Below, piece after piece: positions 8,077-17,680 of a stretch of 36,864 nt of DNA. The first letter of the stretch is position 1; each line of letters begins with the position of its first letter. Under the pieces are notes generated by a model. It saw nothing but the letters and a program-made list of their open reading frames with translations, was not told the DNA's origin and made no database searches. Source of the DNA: Bdellovibrionota bacterium (GTDB taxonomy: Bacteria > Bdellovibrionota > UBA1018 > UBA923); assembly GCA_040754655.1 (NCBI GenBank), contig JBFMCE010000037.1:1-36864 (forward strand). Direction: 5' to 3'. Position numbers and translations under genes: made by a program.

Positions 8077-10443
8077 TTATTTCTTGTCTGGTTTGAGTTG
8101 GCTCCGCAGACCAGCAAGGCCAGCAAACGCGTTATTGAAAACGGATTTGGGTTTCGCAGGAGAAGGCCGGTGTTGGCCGGGTGATGGCCTGTTGCCCGGT
8201 TTGTTTTGAAGCGCGACCTGCTTGACTGCGGGGCGGGATTGATTGCGAACGGCCTCTTGAGCCGATTTCATAGTGAGAGAGATTTGGTTCTTATCCAAAT
8301 TCACCTCTAGAATACGAACATTCACACGATCGCCCGGGCTCACGACTTCTTTAGGGTCTTTCACGAAATGGTTCGCAAGCTGCGACAAGTGCACCAAACC
8401 GTCTTGATGCACGCCGATATCGACAAACGCCCCAAAGTTGGTGACATTGGTCACGATGCCGGGACAAAGCATGCCAGGTTTAAGGTCGCTCACCTGGTGA
8501 ACGTCTTCCCTGTATTGGAACGGCACGAACTCTTCTCTAGGGTCTCGGCCGGGCTTTTCAAGTTCTTTAATGATGTCTTCAAAGGTGAAAGAGCCGATTT
8601 CTTTTTTGAACTCTGCATCCTTCTTCAACGCTAAGACTCCCGAACCCATGAGGTCTCGCAAGGTTTTTCCTAGAGCCTTCGCCCTGGTTTCAAGCAATCC
8701 GTATTGCTCAGGATGAACGCCTGTGTTGTCTAACGGATTATCGCTCTCTGGGATGCGCAGAAACCCTGCGGCCTGCTCGAATGCTTTTTTGCTGAGCCGA
8801 GGCACTTCAAGCAAAGTCTCACGGGATTTGAATAAGCCTTTTTGGCCTCGATATTCGACGATCGACTTTGCAAGCGAGGGGCCGATTCCAGCGACATGCG
8901 AGAGAAGGTGATACGAAGCTGTATTGATGTTGACGCCTACTTGGTTCACGCAACTATCAACGACCAAATCCAGGCTCTTCTTCAATCGATGTTCTGAAAC
9001 ATCGTGTTGGTATTGACCTACACCGATGCTTTTAGGGTCGATCTTGACCAGTTCAGCCAGAGGGTCTTGCAGCCTGCGAGCGATTGAAATCGCTCCGCGC
9101 ACAGTCACGTCAAGATCAGGAAATTCCTCTCTCGCCACTTCACTTGCGCTATAAACGCTCGCGCCTGACTCGCTCACCATCACTACTGGGATGGAAGAGA
9201 GGTCTAGGTCTTTGAGGGCTTTCCTGACGAAGGTTTCGGTTTCGCGGCCAGCGGTGCCGTTGCCAACAGCGATCGCACGGATATTCCCGTTTTTAACGAC
9301 TTCGCTCAATAGGCTCCGCGCACGGGATTTTCCTTCGTCTGTTTGAAGATGCATCACAGTGCTCGCGATGTATTTTCCGGAATCATCAACTACAGCAAGT
9401 TTGCAGCCAGTTCTGAGTCCGGGATCCACCCCTAAGACGGCCTTTGGCCCGAAGGGCGAGGAGAGCAAAAGCTTTCTCACATTTTCGGCGAAAACCTTGA
9501 TTGCTGCTTCATCTGCGACTTCCCTGAGTGCCTGATGCGCTTCATTTTCGATGCTTGATTGTACATGTGCCTTTAGCGCCAATCTTGCGGCTTTCTTTAA
9601 AACTGCCGCCCCGGGTGAAGTCAAAACAGTGCACGCTTCAGTTTCAAAAGATCTCAGTAAATATTCTTCAAACGGTTCCTCTTCGCCGGGTTTTCCGCCG
9701 ATTGAAAGAATCAATTCCTCGGTCATCCAACCTCGTCGGACTGCGAGGTAGCGATGCGAGTTTTCAGGTTTGAGCAGGGATTGTATTGATTCTGAGTATT
9801 CAAAATAGTCTTCAAATTTGCTGTGAGGTTTGGCTTTCGTGCCTTTGGTCGTGCGTACGAATCCTTCTTCAAAAGTTTTTGTGCGCACGAGTTGACGCAG
9901 ATGTTGGGTTTCAGAAAGACGCTCGATCAAAATCGCTTGAGCGCCTGCAATTGCTGCCTCGGCATCTTTGATGTCTTTTTCTTCATTGCGAAACGTAAAA
10001 GCCCAAAGCTCCAAGGTTTGGCCCGGCTGCGGTTGTTCGGTCCCATGGCCGCAATTCCAAATCCAGTCTGCTAATGGTTCAAGGCCCGCTTCTTTTGCAA
10101 GGGCGGCTTTCGTCTTTCGTTTTACTTTGTAGGGAAGATAAATATCCTCGAGCAGCTCAAGTTGAAAAGTCGAAAGAATTTTCTCTTTCAATTCGGGCGT
10201 GAGTTTCTTCTGATGCTCGATCTCGCCAATGATATGAGTCTGTCGTTTGACGATGCTCTCCCATTTTTCTTTCGCATCAATGACAGCCTGGATGCCGACT
10301 TCGTCGAGATTTCCGGTCTGCTCTTTCCGGTACCGTGCGATGAAGGGCACGGTGCCGCCTTCACCCACCAAGCGTAATACGGCTTCAGCGGAAGGAATGG
10401 AAATCTTGGGTTCTTGTTCCGAAAACCAATTTTCAAAAGTCAT
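8077..10443 (-). CDS. tex: Tex family RNA-binding transcriptional accessory protein (YqgF, HhH and S1 domains)
   Basis: GGTVPFIARYRKEQTG, GVDPGLRTGCK, GASVYSAS, ARRLQDPLAELVKIDPKSIGVGQYQHDV and S1 FGAFVDIGVHQDGLVH motifs. Confidence 0.96.
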   Translation of the reverse strand: MTFENWFSEQEPKISIPSAEAVLRLVGEGGTVPFIARYRKEQTGNLDEVGIQAVIDAKEKWESIVKRQTHIIGEIEHQKKLTPELKEKILSTFQLELLEDIYLPYKVKRKTKAALAKEAGLEPLADWIWNCGHGTEQPQPGQTLELWAFTFRNEEKDIKDAEAAIAGAQAILIERLSETQHLRQLVRTKTFEEGFVRTTKGTKAKPHSKFEDYFEYSESIQSLLKPENSHRYLAVRRGWMTEELILSIGGKPGEEEPFEEYLLRSFETEACTVLTSPGAAVLKKAARLALKAHVQSSIENEAHQALREVADEAAIKVFAENVRKLLLSSPFGPKAVLGVDPGLRTGCKLAVVDDSGKYIASTVMHLQTDEGKSRARSLLSEVVKNGNIRAIAVGNGTAGRETETFVRKALKDLDLSSIPVVMVSESGASVYSASEVAREEFPDLDVTVRGAISIARRLQDPLAELVKIDPKSIGVGQYQHDVSEHRLKKSLDLVVDSCVNQVGVNINTASYHLLSHVAGIGPSLAKSIVEYRGQKGLFKSRETLLEVPRLSKKAFEQAAGFLRIPESDNPLDNTGVHPEQYGLLETRAKALGKTLRDLMGSGVLALKKDAEFKKEIGSFTFEDIIKELEKPGRDPREEFVPFQYREDVHQVSDLKPGMLCPGIVTNVTNFGAFVDIGVHQDGLVHLSQLANHFVKDPKEVVSPGDRVNVRILEVNLDKNQISLTMKSAQEAVRNQSRPAVKQVALQNKPGNRPSPGQHRPSPAKPKSVFNNAFAGLAGLRSQLKPDKK

Positions 10444-10533
10444 GGTTGCACAATAACCTTGGTGGGGCGATTAGGGCAAATCCTCAAAACTACTGATTGA
10501 CGATTTATTGTATCGAATTGTAGAGGTCTCGCC

Positions 10534-10908
10534 ATGTTTGATCACGTTGGATTTGAAGTCAGGGATATCGAAAACAGCAAAGAGTTTTATGCGATTGCTC
10601 TTGCTCCACTAGGAATTAAAATGCTGGCGGAAATGAAAGAATGGGGAGTTGCGGGATTCGGTTCCGATCGACCTCGTTTTTGGATTGCCGGAGGCAAACC
10701 TTCGAATGGCGAAGATGAGCTGCATGTCTGTTTTTCGGCGAAGAATAGGACCGAAGTAAGAGCATTTTATGAAGCAGCGCTCAAAGCCGGCGGAAAAGAC
10801 AACGGTAAGCCGGGGCTTCGTCCTGAATACCATGAAAATTATTATGGAGCTTTTGTGCTCGATCCCGATGGCCACAATATAGAGGCGTGTTGCCACCAGC
10901 CCGAGTGA
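10534..10908 (+). CDS. VOC/glyoxalase family protein
   Basis: MFDHVG...HVCF...GGKDNGKPGLRPEYHENYYGAFVLDPDGHNIE pattern; GAGG SD. Confidence 0.92.
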   Translation: MFDHVGFEVRDIENSKEFYAIALAPLGIKMLAEMKEWGVAGFGSDRPRFWIAGGKPSNGEDELHVCFSAKNRTEVRAFYEAALKAGGKDNGKPGLRPEYHENYYGAFVLDPDGHNIEACCHQPE

Positions 10909-10997
10909 TAGAGCCGTTAAACGGGCTTCTAAGGTGCGTTTCCCTTGACAATATGAAAGGCGATGACTTAGTGCGTTGCCTAGAAAAAGGGGGAACG

Positions 10998-11507
10998 ATG
11001 TTATTTCGAAATTTCGTCCTATTGGGTCTACTTGGGGTTTCCACGGTGGCCTTTGGCGCGCCAGTTCCGTGCGACCAGGAACCGAATACTGCTAATTATG
11101 CGAAAAGAGCCGCCGCAGAATGCAAACCCGAGGCGTGCAAGCTTCATCGTCTTTTCAATTCAAACGGAAAGACCGTTGGATTTCTAAAGTATCGTCCTAA
11201 CGAAAAGGGCATTCCTCAGTTCTCAACGCTTTTTCTCTGCAGTTCGAACTACCGTTCGGTCTTTTATGTAGATGGAACGGCCGAAGAGCCCCGCGGCTGG
11301 GTGCCGAGCAGGGTAGGAAATTCCCGCGAGCTACCAGGTATCTATGAAGATGAGGCAGAGTGGAAGGCAAAAGTCACGACTTTGAGCCGAACGAAAACGC
11401 GCGCGCTTGTGAAAGTAGAGTATCGAGTAGCAGAATTGTACGAGAAAAAGATTTCAGACAAAGGTTCTTTCTTGGTGAGTTTTCCAAGGTCTTGGTTGAA
11501 AAGATAA
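10998..11507 (+). CDS. Exported hypothetical protein
   Basis: AAGGGGG SD before ATG 10998; signal peptide ending VAFG-A; four Cys; no family recognised. Confidence 0.7.
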   Translation: MLFRNFVLLGLLGVSTVAFGAPVPCDQEPNTANYAKRAAAECKPEACKLHRLFNSNGKTVGFLKYRPNEKGIPQFSTLFLCSSNYRSVFYVDGTAEEPRGWVPSRVGNSRELPGIYEDEAEWKAKVTTLSRTKTRALVKVEYRVAELYEKKISDKGSFLVSFPRSWLKR

Positions 11508-11572
11508 CTGCGATTTATTCACAAATGAGTTAACGAAAGCGGCGCTAGCTCTTAGATATTTGAGGAAGGGTT

Positions 11573-13024
11573 ATGTTTCGGTGGCATCGTTTTTCATGGT
11601 CTAGGGGCATAAAAACCCAATTATCGATTTCTATTCTGGGGGTGCTCGTTTCGCTGACAGTCTTAGCGAAACCTGTCGACATCCAGATCCTTCAAATCAA
11701 TGACGTTTATGAAATCGGCCCTTCTCAGGGCGGAAAAACTGGCGGACTTGCCAGAGTCGCATTGTTGAGAAAGGCGTTGCTAAAACGCAACCCGCGCACC
11801 TTCACCGTATTGGCGGGCGATTTCTTGAGCCCATCGGCTCTTGGAATCGCTCCGGTAAACCAAGTTCCGCTGGCAGGCCGGCAAATGGTCTCGGTCTTGA
11901 ATACCATTGGGCTTGATCTTGCGATATTCGGTAACCATGAGTTTGACTTAAAACCAGAAGAACTCTCGCAACGCATCCAAGAGGCCCAGTTCAAGTGGAT
12001 TTCCGGAAATCTTCGCGATGTAGAAGGAAACTTGTTTGGTGGTCTCCCAGAAAGCTATGTTCATGTTTTTGAGGGAGATGGCGGTGAAAAAGTCCGGGTG
12101 GGTTTTATCGCGTTAACCATTGATACGAATAAGAAAGACCATGTTCGGTATCTTGATGTCGTTGAATCTGCCCGTGAGCAAGTCAAGCGACTTAAGCCCA
12201 AAGTGGATGTCTTGGTAGCAATGACGCATCTTCCTTTGGAAAAAGACAGGGTGGTTGCGAAACAGGTGCCCGGGATCGATCTGATTTTAGGCGGGCACGA
12301 GCATGATCACATCTTGGTCAGGGAAAACGGGGTGCGGATTGCAAAAGCTGACGCCAATGCCAAGTCGGCGTTCATTCATATTTTGCGCTTTGATCCCGAA
12401 AAACAGAAACTAAAGATAAAAAGCTTATTAAAAAACATCGATGACCGAATTCCTGAAGATCGAAAGACCAAAAAAGTGGTTCAAAAGTGGACAGAGCGTG
12501 CTTACCAAGCTTTTAGAGAGGCTGGTTTTGAACCCACGCGTGTCGTAGGCAAAGCCACTCGGCCTCTCGATGGCAGTGAGGCCAGCGTGAGGTCGAAAAC
12601 GACGGCGATGACAGAGCTGGTTGGAAGATCGATGATGAATGAATCCCATAAAGCGCGATTCGCGCTTTATAACGGAAGCTCAATTCGAATCGATGATGTG
12701 ATTCAACCTGGCCCAATCACCGAGTACGACGTGATTCGAATGCTGCCGTTCGGAGGAGCTCTGTTTAGCGCTCAAATGACAGGAAAAGAGATTCTTGCAT
12801 TGTTAGAAGAGAATGTCGGGAAAAGAGGAAAGGGAACGTTTTTGCAAATCATCCCGAAATCAAAGGTTGATCTTGAGAGGCTCGATCCAAACGAAGTCTA
12901 TTCTGTCTCGGTGAACGACCTTTTCTCTAAGATGCATGCGGAGAGTATTGTTCCCGGTTCATTGACCCTGACCTCCAAAGATGTGCGTGCCTCGTTGATC
13001 AAGTATTTGAAGGAGCGAAAGTGA
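11573..13024 (+). CDS. Bifunctional metallophosphatase/5'-nucleotidase, exported
   Basis: INDVYE, AGDFLSPS, GNHEFD, MTH and GGHEH metallophosphoesterase motifs; C-domain NGSSIR and LPFGG; signal peptide. Confidence 0.9.
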   Translation: MFRWHRFSWSRGIKTQLSISILGVLVSLTVLAKPVDIQILQINDVYEIGPSQGGKTGGLARVALLRKALLKRNPRTFTVLAGDFLSPSALGIAPVNQVPLAGRQMVSVLNTIGLDLAIFGNHEFDLKPEELSQRIQEAQFKWISGNLRDVEGNLFGGLPESYVHVFEGDGGEKVRVGFIALTIDTNKKDHVRYLDVVESAREQVKRLKPKVDVLVAMTHLPLEKDRVVAKQVPGIDLILGGHEHDHILVRENGVRIAKADANAKSAFIHILRFDPEKQKLKIKSLLKNIDDRIPEDRKTKKVVQKWTERAYQAFREAGFEPTRVVGKATRPLDGSEASVRSKTTAMTELVGRSMMNESHKARFALYNGSSIRIDDVIQPGPITEYDVIRMLPFGGALFSAQMTGKEILALLEENVGKRGKGTFLQIIPKSKVDLERLDPNEVYSVSVNDLFSKMHAESIVPGSLTLTSKDVRASLIKYLKERK

Positions 13025-13047
13025 TTCGAACCGAGCCCTTTCCTAGT

Positions 13048-13545
13048 ATGAAGAGGGCCCTTCTTCTCTTTCTTGCGGTATCGTCCGGGTGTTCTTCGGT
13101 GTCTCTTGATAAGACCAAACCTGTTGAAAAGCGGGGAAGTGATTTCTGGGGTTATTCTGTAAGGCAGAACGGAGAAAGGGTGGCGATTGGGGACATCATT
13201 GAAGAGGTTGAGCGCGCGCCTGAAGGAAAAGAGAGCGTAAAAAGAGTCTATCGATACAACATGGCGACTCTGGCGTCTGGAGCGGTAGCGCTGGGGTTGA
13301 TCGTGGCTTCCATCCCGGTATCTCCTCCTACTGAAAAATATCTATTCTTTAGTGGGCTTGGGATGTTGGGAGTTGAGCTTTTTTTCGCAATCAAAGCCCA
13401 ATCCGCCTTTGGCGATATGATCGATCACTACAATTCGAAGTTCTCCGAGCCGCAGAAGTCGCAGGCTCTCCATTTAAAACCCAGGCTCTTGTTTCCTAGT
13501 GATGCATCGCTTGGCGCTGGGCTCGGTTTAGCTTTAGAGCTCTAG
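13048..13545 (+). CDS. Hypothetical lipoprotein with two hydrophobic segments
   Basis: MKRALLLFLAVSSG-C lipobox-like N-terminus; alternative GTG start at 13021 overlaps the upstream stop. Confidence 0.65.
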   Translation: MKRALLLFLAVSSGCSSVSLDKTKPVEKRGSDFWGYSVRQNGERVAIGDIIEEVERAPEGKESVKRVYRYNMATLASGAVALGLIVASIPVSPPTEKYLFFSGLGMLGVELFFAIKAQSAFGDMIDHYNSKFSEPQKSQALHLKPRLLFPSDASLGAGLGLALEL

Positions 13546-13552
13546 AAGACCC

Positions 13553-15286
13553 TCAATGGCCCAGTCTTTCGATCGGAGGAGGGCCGTTGATCGTATCGAT
13601 CTTGGTCAAAGGAGGAAACTCCTCTAACGGTTGCTCCTTGCACGATCTGGCTTTTTCGCCTTCTGCCGAACAGTTAGAAACCGACTCGTACGAATAGACG
13701 TACAAAGGATAGGGATGTTCAGTCTGCAATGAGACCTCTAGGGTAGCTTCAAGGGGAACGACATCGTACTTTCCGAACATCACGATTGCATGAAGTTCCA
13801 TGAGATTACGTTCGGTCAGATGAACGCATCCGTGTGAGACGAACCCACGTTGCAAGATATTGAGAGCTCCTTGGGCGATATGAAATCCTTCAAGTCCTCG
13901 TTCTCCTTCGAGGTGATCGGGAGAAGTTAAGGGAATGAACGGAAAACCTCCGAAATAAGCGGGTTCGAACCGCTTAGAGATCGTCGTATTCCGTCGTACC
14001 GTTCCGCCCCGTATGATCGGGGTCATGAGGCGAGTTTTCCCGCCGGAACCTTGGATATGTGCTTCAAAGAACCCGCCTACGCCTACCGGATACAGTTTTC
14101 GAATTTTATGTCCCGGGGATTCGATGATCAATATCCGTCTTTTCAAGCCTAGATGAAGGCGAAAGGCGACTTGCTCAAGAGGTATCTCATCGAGAACCTG
14201 GACATGGTCTACGCGTTCGTGATCGTCTGAAAGTCGCACCTCGTACTTGAAAATCTTATGAACAGATCGTCGTACCTCAACCAACGCGTTCAGATAGTAT
14301 TGATGCCGTTGGATATCTACGATTTCAATCCCCAAAATGTTTTCCAGGTTTTTGCCCTGAGGCAAATAAACCTTCGGCGACATCTCGATGGCCCTTAGAA
14401 TGAGCTTTGCTTCAGGAACTTCTTTTTCCCGGTAATACGCTAGATCTCTCAAATCGATCGAGAGCGTGTTTGGGTAGAGCGCTTCGGTCAGCGGATTCAC
14501 CGCCAGGTTATTGCCATCAGTGTTCATGTCCAGAGCCGCGACTTCGGTAAAGAGTGTTTTAAGGCTGTTGCGTTCTTCTTCTGTTTTTACGCCTAACAGG
14601 ATGTCGTCGGCGATTGCGGTTCGCGCCGATGCATCGGTTCTAGAAAAATATTCAGCGACCAGGCGTTTTCGGTGCTCGGCTGATGAATATCGATTGAGCC
14701 ATCTCAACCTCATGAGGAGGTCCGTCGCGTTCAGGTTCTTAGGATCTTGGTTTACGTATGCAATCCCGTTCACCTCTACCGAGAGGCCCGGTTTGTCAGG
14801 CATCTCAACGATGATTTCTTCAGCGCAATATCCTTCAAGGCTTTTAAAAGTACGTTGTTCCACGATTTTTTTGCAGTTCGCGTGAATGTCGCCAAAAAGA
14901 AGATTGAGGTGCCCATTTTGAAACTTATCAATTTTTTCGGGGCGCGGAGTTGGATCTTCCTTTGAACGCAGGACCGTGAGGGATATTGAGATCTTGGGTC
15001 CGTTCTTGATTTTTACCGGAAGAATAGGTGTTCCCGAGTAGAAAATATTTATAGAGCGGACTCTTGAAGGATTGTTCCTTTGAGCCGCGTCCTTGAGTGT
15101 CACCACATGGTTTTGATACTCAACTCCTTGAGGAAGCGTCATCGTCTCTAAAGCGAATTCATCGTGAGCTCGCCTAGAACCCGAGCCATCTTGCCTCGCG
15201 CGTTCTGGCCCGCAGCCTTGCCCCAAAAAAAGTAAGATCGTGCAGAGGGCAAACGTTGATGTAGCAGGTAAAAGGCAGTATTTCAT
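13553..15286 (-). CDS. L,D-transpeptidase (YkuD) domain lipoprotein with a large uncharacterised N-terminal region
   Basis: KLYPVGVG, MTP and GFH...SHGCVHL catalytic motif near the C-terminus; FLGQG-C lipobox-like signal. Start ATG 15286 or TTG 15301. Confidence 0.75.
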   Translation of the reverse strand: MKYCLLPATSTFALCTILLFLGQGCGPERARQDGSGSRRAHDEFALETMTLPQGVEYQNHVVTLKDAAQRNNPSRVRSINIFYSGTPILPVKIKNGPKISISLTVLRSKEDPTPRPEKIDKFQNGHLNLLFGDIHANCKKIVEQRTFKSLEGYCAEEIIVEMPDKPGLSVEVNGIAYVNQDPKNLNATDLLMRLRWLNRYSSAEHRKRLVAEYFSRTDASARTAIADDILLGVKTEEERNSLKTLFTEVAALDMNTDGNNLAVNPLTEALYPNTLSIDLRDLAYYREKEVPEAKLILRAIEMSPKVYLPQGKNLENILGIEIVDIQRHQYYLNALVEVRRSVHKIFKYEVRLSDDHERVDHVQVLDEIPLEQVAFRLHLGLKRRILIIESPGHKIRKLYPVGVGGFFEAHIQGSGGKTRLMTPIIRGGTVRRNTTISKRFEPAYFGGFPFIPLTSPDHLEGERGLEGFHIAQGALNILQRGFVSHGCVHLTERNLMELHAIVMFGKYDVVPLEATLEVSLQTEHPYPLYVYSYESVSNCSAEGEKARSCKEQPLEEFPPLTKIDTINGPPPIERLGH

Positions 15287-15376
15287 AAAATAACAGATCA
15301 ATTTTATACAGTATTATGAATAAAGCCGTCAAGCAATGAAATTTAGATTGTAAGCAACTGAAATAATAAGAGATTT

Positions 15377-16591
15377 CTATCTAGATGCGAACTTCCAAGA
15401 AAACCCTAAACTCAAAACTAACAGCAGAGTTGCAAGAAGGAATGGAGCGCCTGGTAAGGCGATCTCATTGCTCTTTTGGATCGCGATGGCAAAGGTCTGA
15501 GTGAATAAAAGAGGGCCAATCATTCCGGTGATTCCGCGCAAACTGCTGACCGCACCCTGAAGTTGGCCCTGCTCAGACGGGCTCACTCGTCTTGTCATTA
15601 AAGACTGCATTGCCGGGCCGGAAAGCCCCCAGAGTGCTACAAGTGGAATGCCGCAAAGAAAAGTGTCGCCAGTTTTCGCCATTCCGTAAATTAAAAATCC
15701 GGCGGTACCACAGGCAAGTCCTCCAATAAGCGCGAACCGTTCGCCAAATCGGGAAACGATCCGGCCAATCAAAAGCGCCGATACCAGGGTCGAGCAAACA
15801 CCTACCGCTGCAAGCGCGAATCCCACCATCGTCTCATCCCAACGGTACCGGTAATCTGTGTAAAGCACGAAGACGCTAGGTAGAGATTCGTGAGCGACGA
15901 AATAAAGAAAAGTGGCTGCCGCCAAACCGAAGAGCTCTCGATGAGAACGCAAAAGTTTCAGCGAGGCCAGCGGATTGGCCTTCTGCCAAGAAAACTTGGA
16001 ACGATTTTCCACTGGCAAGGATTCGGGCAAGACGAAAAATCCGTAAGCGGCGTTGGCCAAACTTAAGGCCGCCGCGACCCAGAATGGCAGGCGCAAATCG
16101 ATCCCGCCTAAGAAGCCGCCTACCGCGGGTCCGATGATAAATCCCAATCCAAATGCCGCCCCCAGCATTCCGTAACGAGAAGCCCGATGTTGGGGCTCGG
16201 TCACATCGGCAATATAGGCACTTGCAGCCGAAAAGCTTGCTGCCGTGACGCCCGAGATGATTCTCCCGACAAATAGCCACGAAAGGTCTGGAGCGACAGC
16301 CATGAGAATGTAATCAAGCCCCAAGCCCAGGTTTGAAAGAAGAACAACCGGTCTTCTGCCGAAACGATCTGACAAAATTCCAAGCAGTGGAGACGCGGCG
16401 AACTGCATGGCGGCCCAAGCGAATCCAAAGACCCCAGAGATCTCAGCCGCTCTTGCCATATTTCCATCCTCAAATTGAAGCACGAGTTTGGGCAATACGG
16501 GCACCATGATCCCAAGCGCCAGCATGTCGAGCACGACCGTGATGAAGATGAAGGTGAATGCGGCCTTTGATGGGCGTTTCATAGGCTTCAC
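15377..16591 (-). CDS. TetA-like (TCR/DHA1) MFS transporter
   Basis: About 12 hydrophobic segments; motif A GILSDRFGRRPV; antiporter motif C GAAFGLGFIIGPAVGG; EQGQLQG. Start may be ATG 16582. Confidence 0.92.
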   Translation of the reverse strand: MKPMKRPSKAAFTFIFITVVLDMLALGIMVPVLPKLVLQFEDGNMARAAEISGVFGFAWAAMQFAASPLLGILSDRFGRRPVVLLSNLGLGLDYILMAVAPDLSWLFVGRIISGVTAASFSAASAYIADVTEPQHRASRYGMLGAAFGLGFIIGPAVGGFLGGIDLRLPFWVAAALSLANAAYGFFVLPESLPVENRSKFSWQKANPLASLKLLRSHRELFGLAAATFLYFVAHESLPSVFVLYTDYRYRWDETMVGFALAAVGVCSTLVSALLIGRIVSRFGERFALIGGLACGTAGFLIYGMAKTGDTFLCGIPLVALWGLSGPAMQSLMTRRVSPSEQGQLQGAVSSLRGITGMIGPLLFTQTFAIAIQKSNEIALPGAPFLLATLLLVLSLGFSWKFASR

Positions 16592-16678
16592 TCATAAGCC
16601 AAGGTCGAGCGTAAGTCTAGAAACCCAGAGCTAGGCCGGCCTAACCCAACCGCGTACAACTTACTTCAGGGTAGAGCC

Positions 16679-17554
16679 TCATGCGGCTTGAGCCGGCTCT
16701 CTTTTCTCGCCTTTGTCTTTTCCTTCAGAGCTGTAGTGCTCGATGAGCGCGTTGATTTCTGATCCCAGCAAGATCACAAGGCCTGTGATGTTGAGCCAAA
16801 GCATCAGCGCGATCATTGCCCCGAGACTGCCGTAGGTGGCGTTGTATTTTCCGAAGTTATCGACATAGAACTTGAAAGCAAGCGATGCGGCGATAAGAAG
16901 AGCAACGCCAAGTATGCTGCCTGGCGTGATGAAGCGGAACTTTTGCTCAACGTCAGGTCCATAGTAATAAGTGACTGCGAATGCCAGTAAAAGAGCTGCC
17001 GTGATGATGGTCCAGCGTATGATCGCAAATCCGACAAGCAACGGAGTTCCCCAATCCCAAGAGTTCGACAGGAAACTTTGCAGGTAACCGCCGGCGACGA
17101 CCAGTGAGAACGCCCCGATCACAAGGACTCCGAAAAACAAGGTGAGCAAGAGGGCTGTGCCTCGAGTTTTCCAAAATGGCCGGCCTTCGACGACGTCATA
17201 GGTGATATTGAGCTGTTGCATGATGGCGAACATGCCGTTTGAGGCTGCCCAAATTGCCAATAGGAGCCCGAGAGAAAGCAAGCCTTCTCGTTTTTCCGAA
17301 ACGACCTCGTTGATCGTTTGGGTAAACATCTGAGCCGCCTGGCCAGGTAGGGCCTCGTTCAAGATATCGAGAATGGCATTTTCAAGATTAGGGATGGGCA
17401 GGAAAGGAAGTAGGCTGATCAAAGCAATCATCGCGGGAAAAATTGAGAGCATTAGGTAGTAAGCCAAGGCCGCCGCTCCGTTTGAGACGTTGTCTTCTTG
17501 GACTTCAGAACGCAGATCTTTTGCAAAGCGTTTCCAGGTTATCCCGTACGGCAT
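16679..17554 (-). CDS. YihY/virulence factor BrkB family membrane protein
   Basis: AAALAYYLMLSIFP, LNITYDV and YNATYGSLGAMIALMLW...LLGSEIN motifs. Confidence 0.93.
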   Translation of the reverse strand: MPYGITWKRFAKDLRSEVQEDNVSNGAAALAYYLMLSIFPAMIALISLLPFLPIPNLENAILDILNEALPGQAAQMFTQTINEVVSEKREGLLSLGLLLAIWAASNGMFAIMQQLNITYDVVEGRPFWKTRGTALLLTLFFGVLVIGAFSLVVAGGYLQSFLSNSWDWGTPLLVGFAIIRWTIITAALLLAFAVTYYYGPDVEQKFRFITPGSILGVALLIAASLAFKFYVDNFGKYNATYGSLGAMIALMLWLNITGLVILLGSEINALIEHYSSEGKDKGEKREPAQAA

Positions 17555-17680
17555 GCTGTATTACTCACGAGGGTTGGCGTTTATCCTAGTGACTTTATCG
17601 GTAATGCAACCGACGTGCCGTGACGCCAGGCCGTCGAAGCAGGTTGACCGGGTTTGCGCAGTCGGCGTAGTGTCGTGCTC

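Noticed and set aside
15377..16591. Acquired tetracycline resistance gene
   Set aside because: No tetR or mobile context; chromosomal TetA-like MFS homologs are widespread and the substrate cannot be read from sequence.
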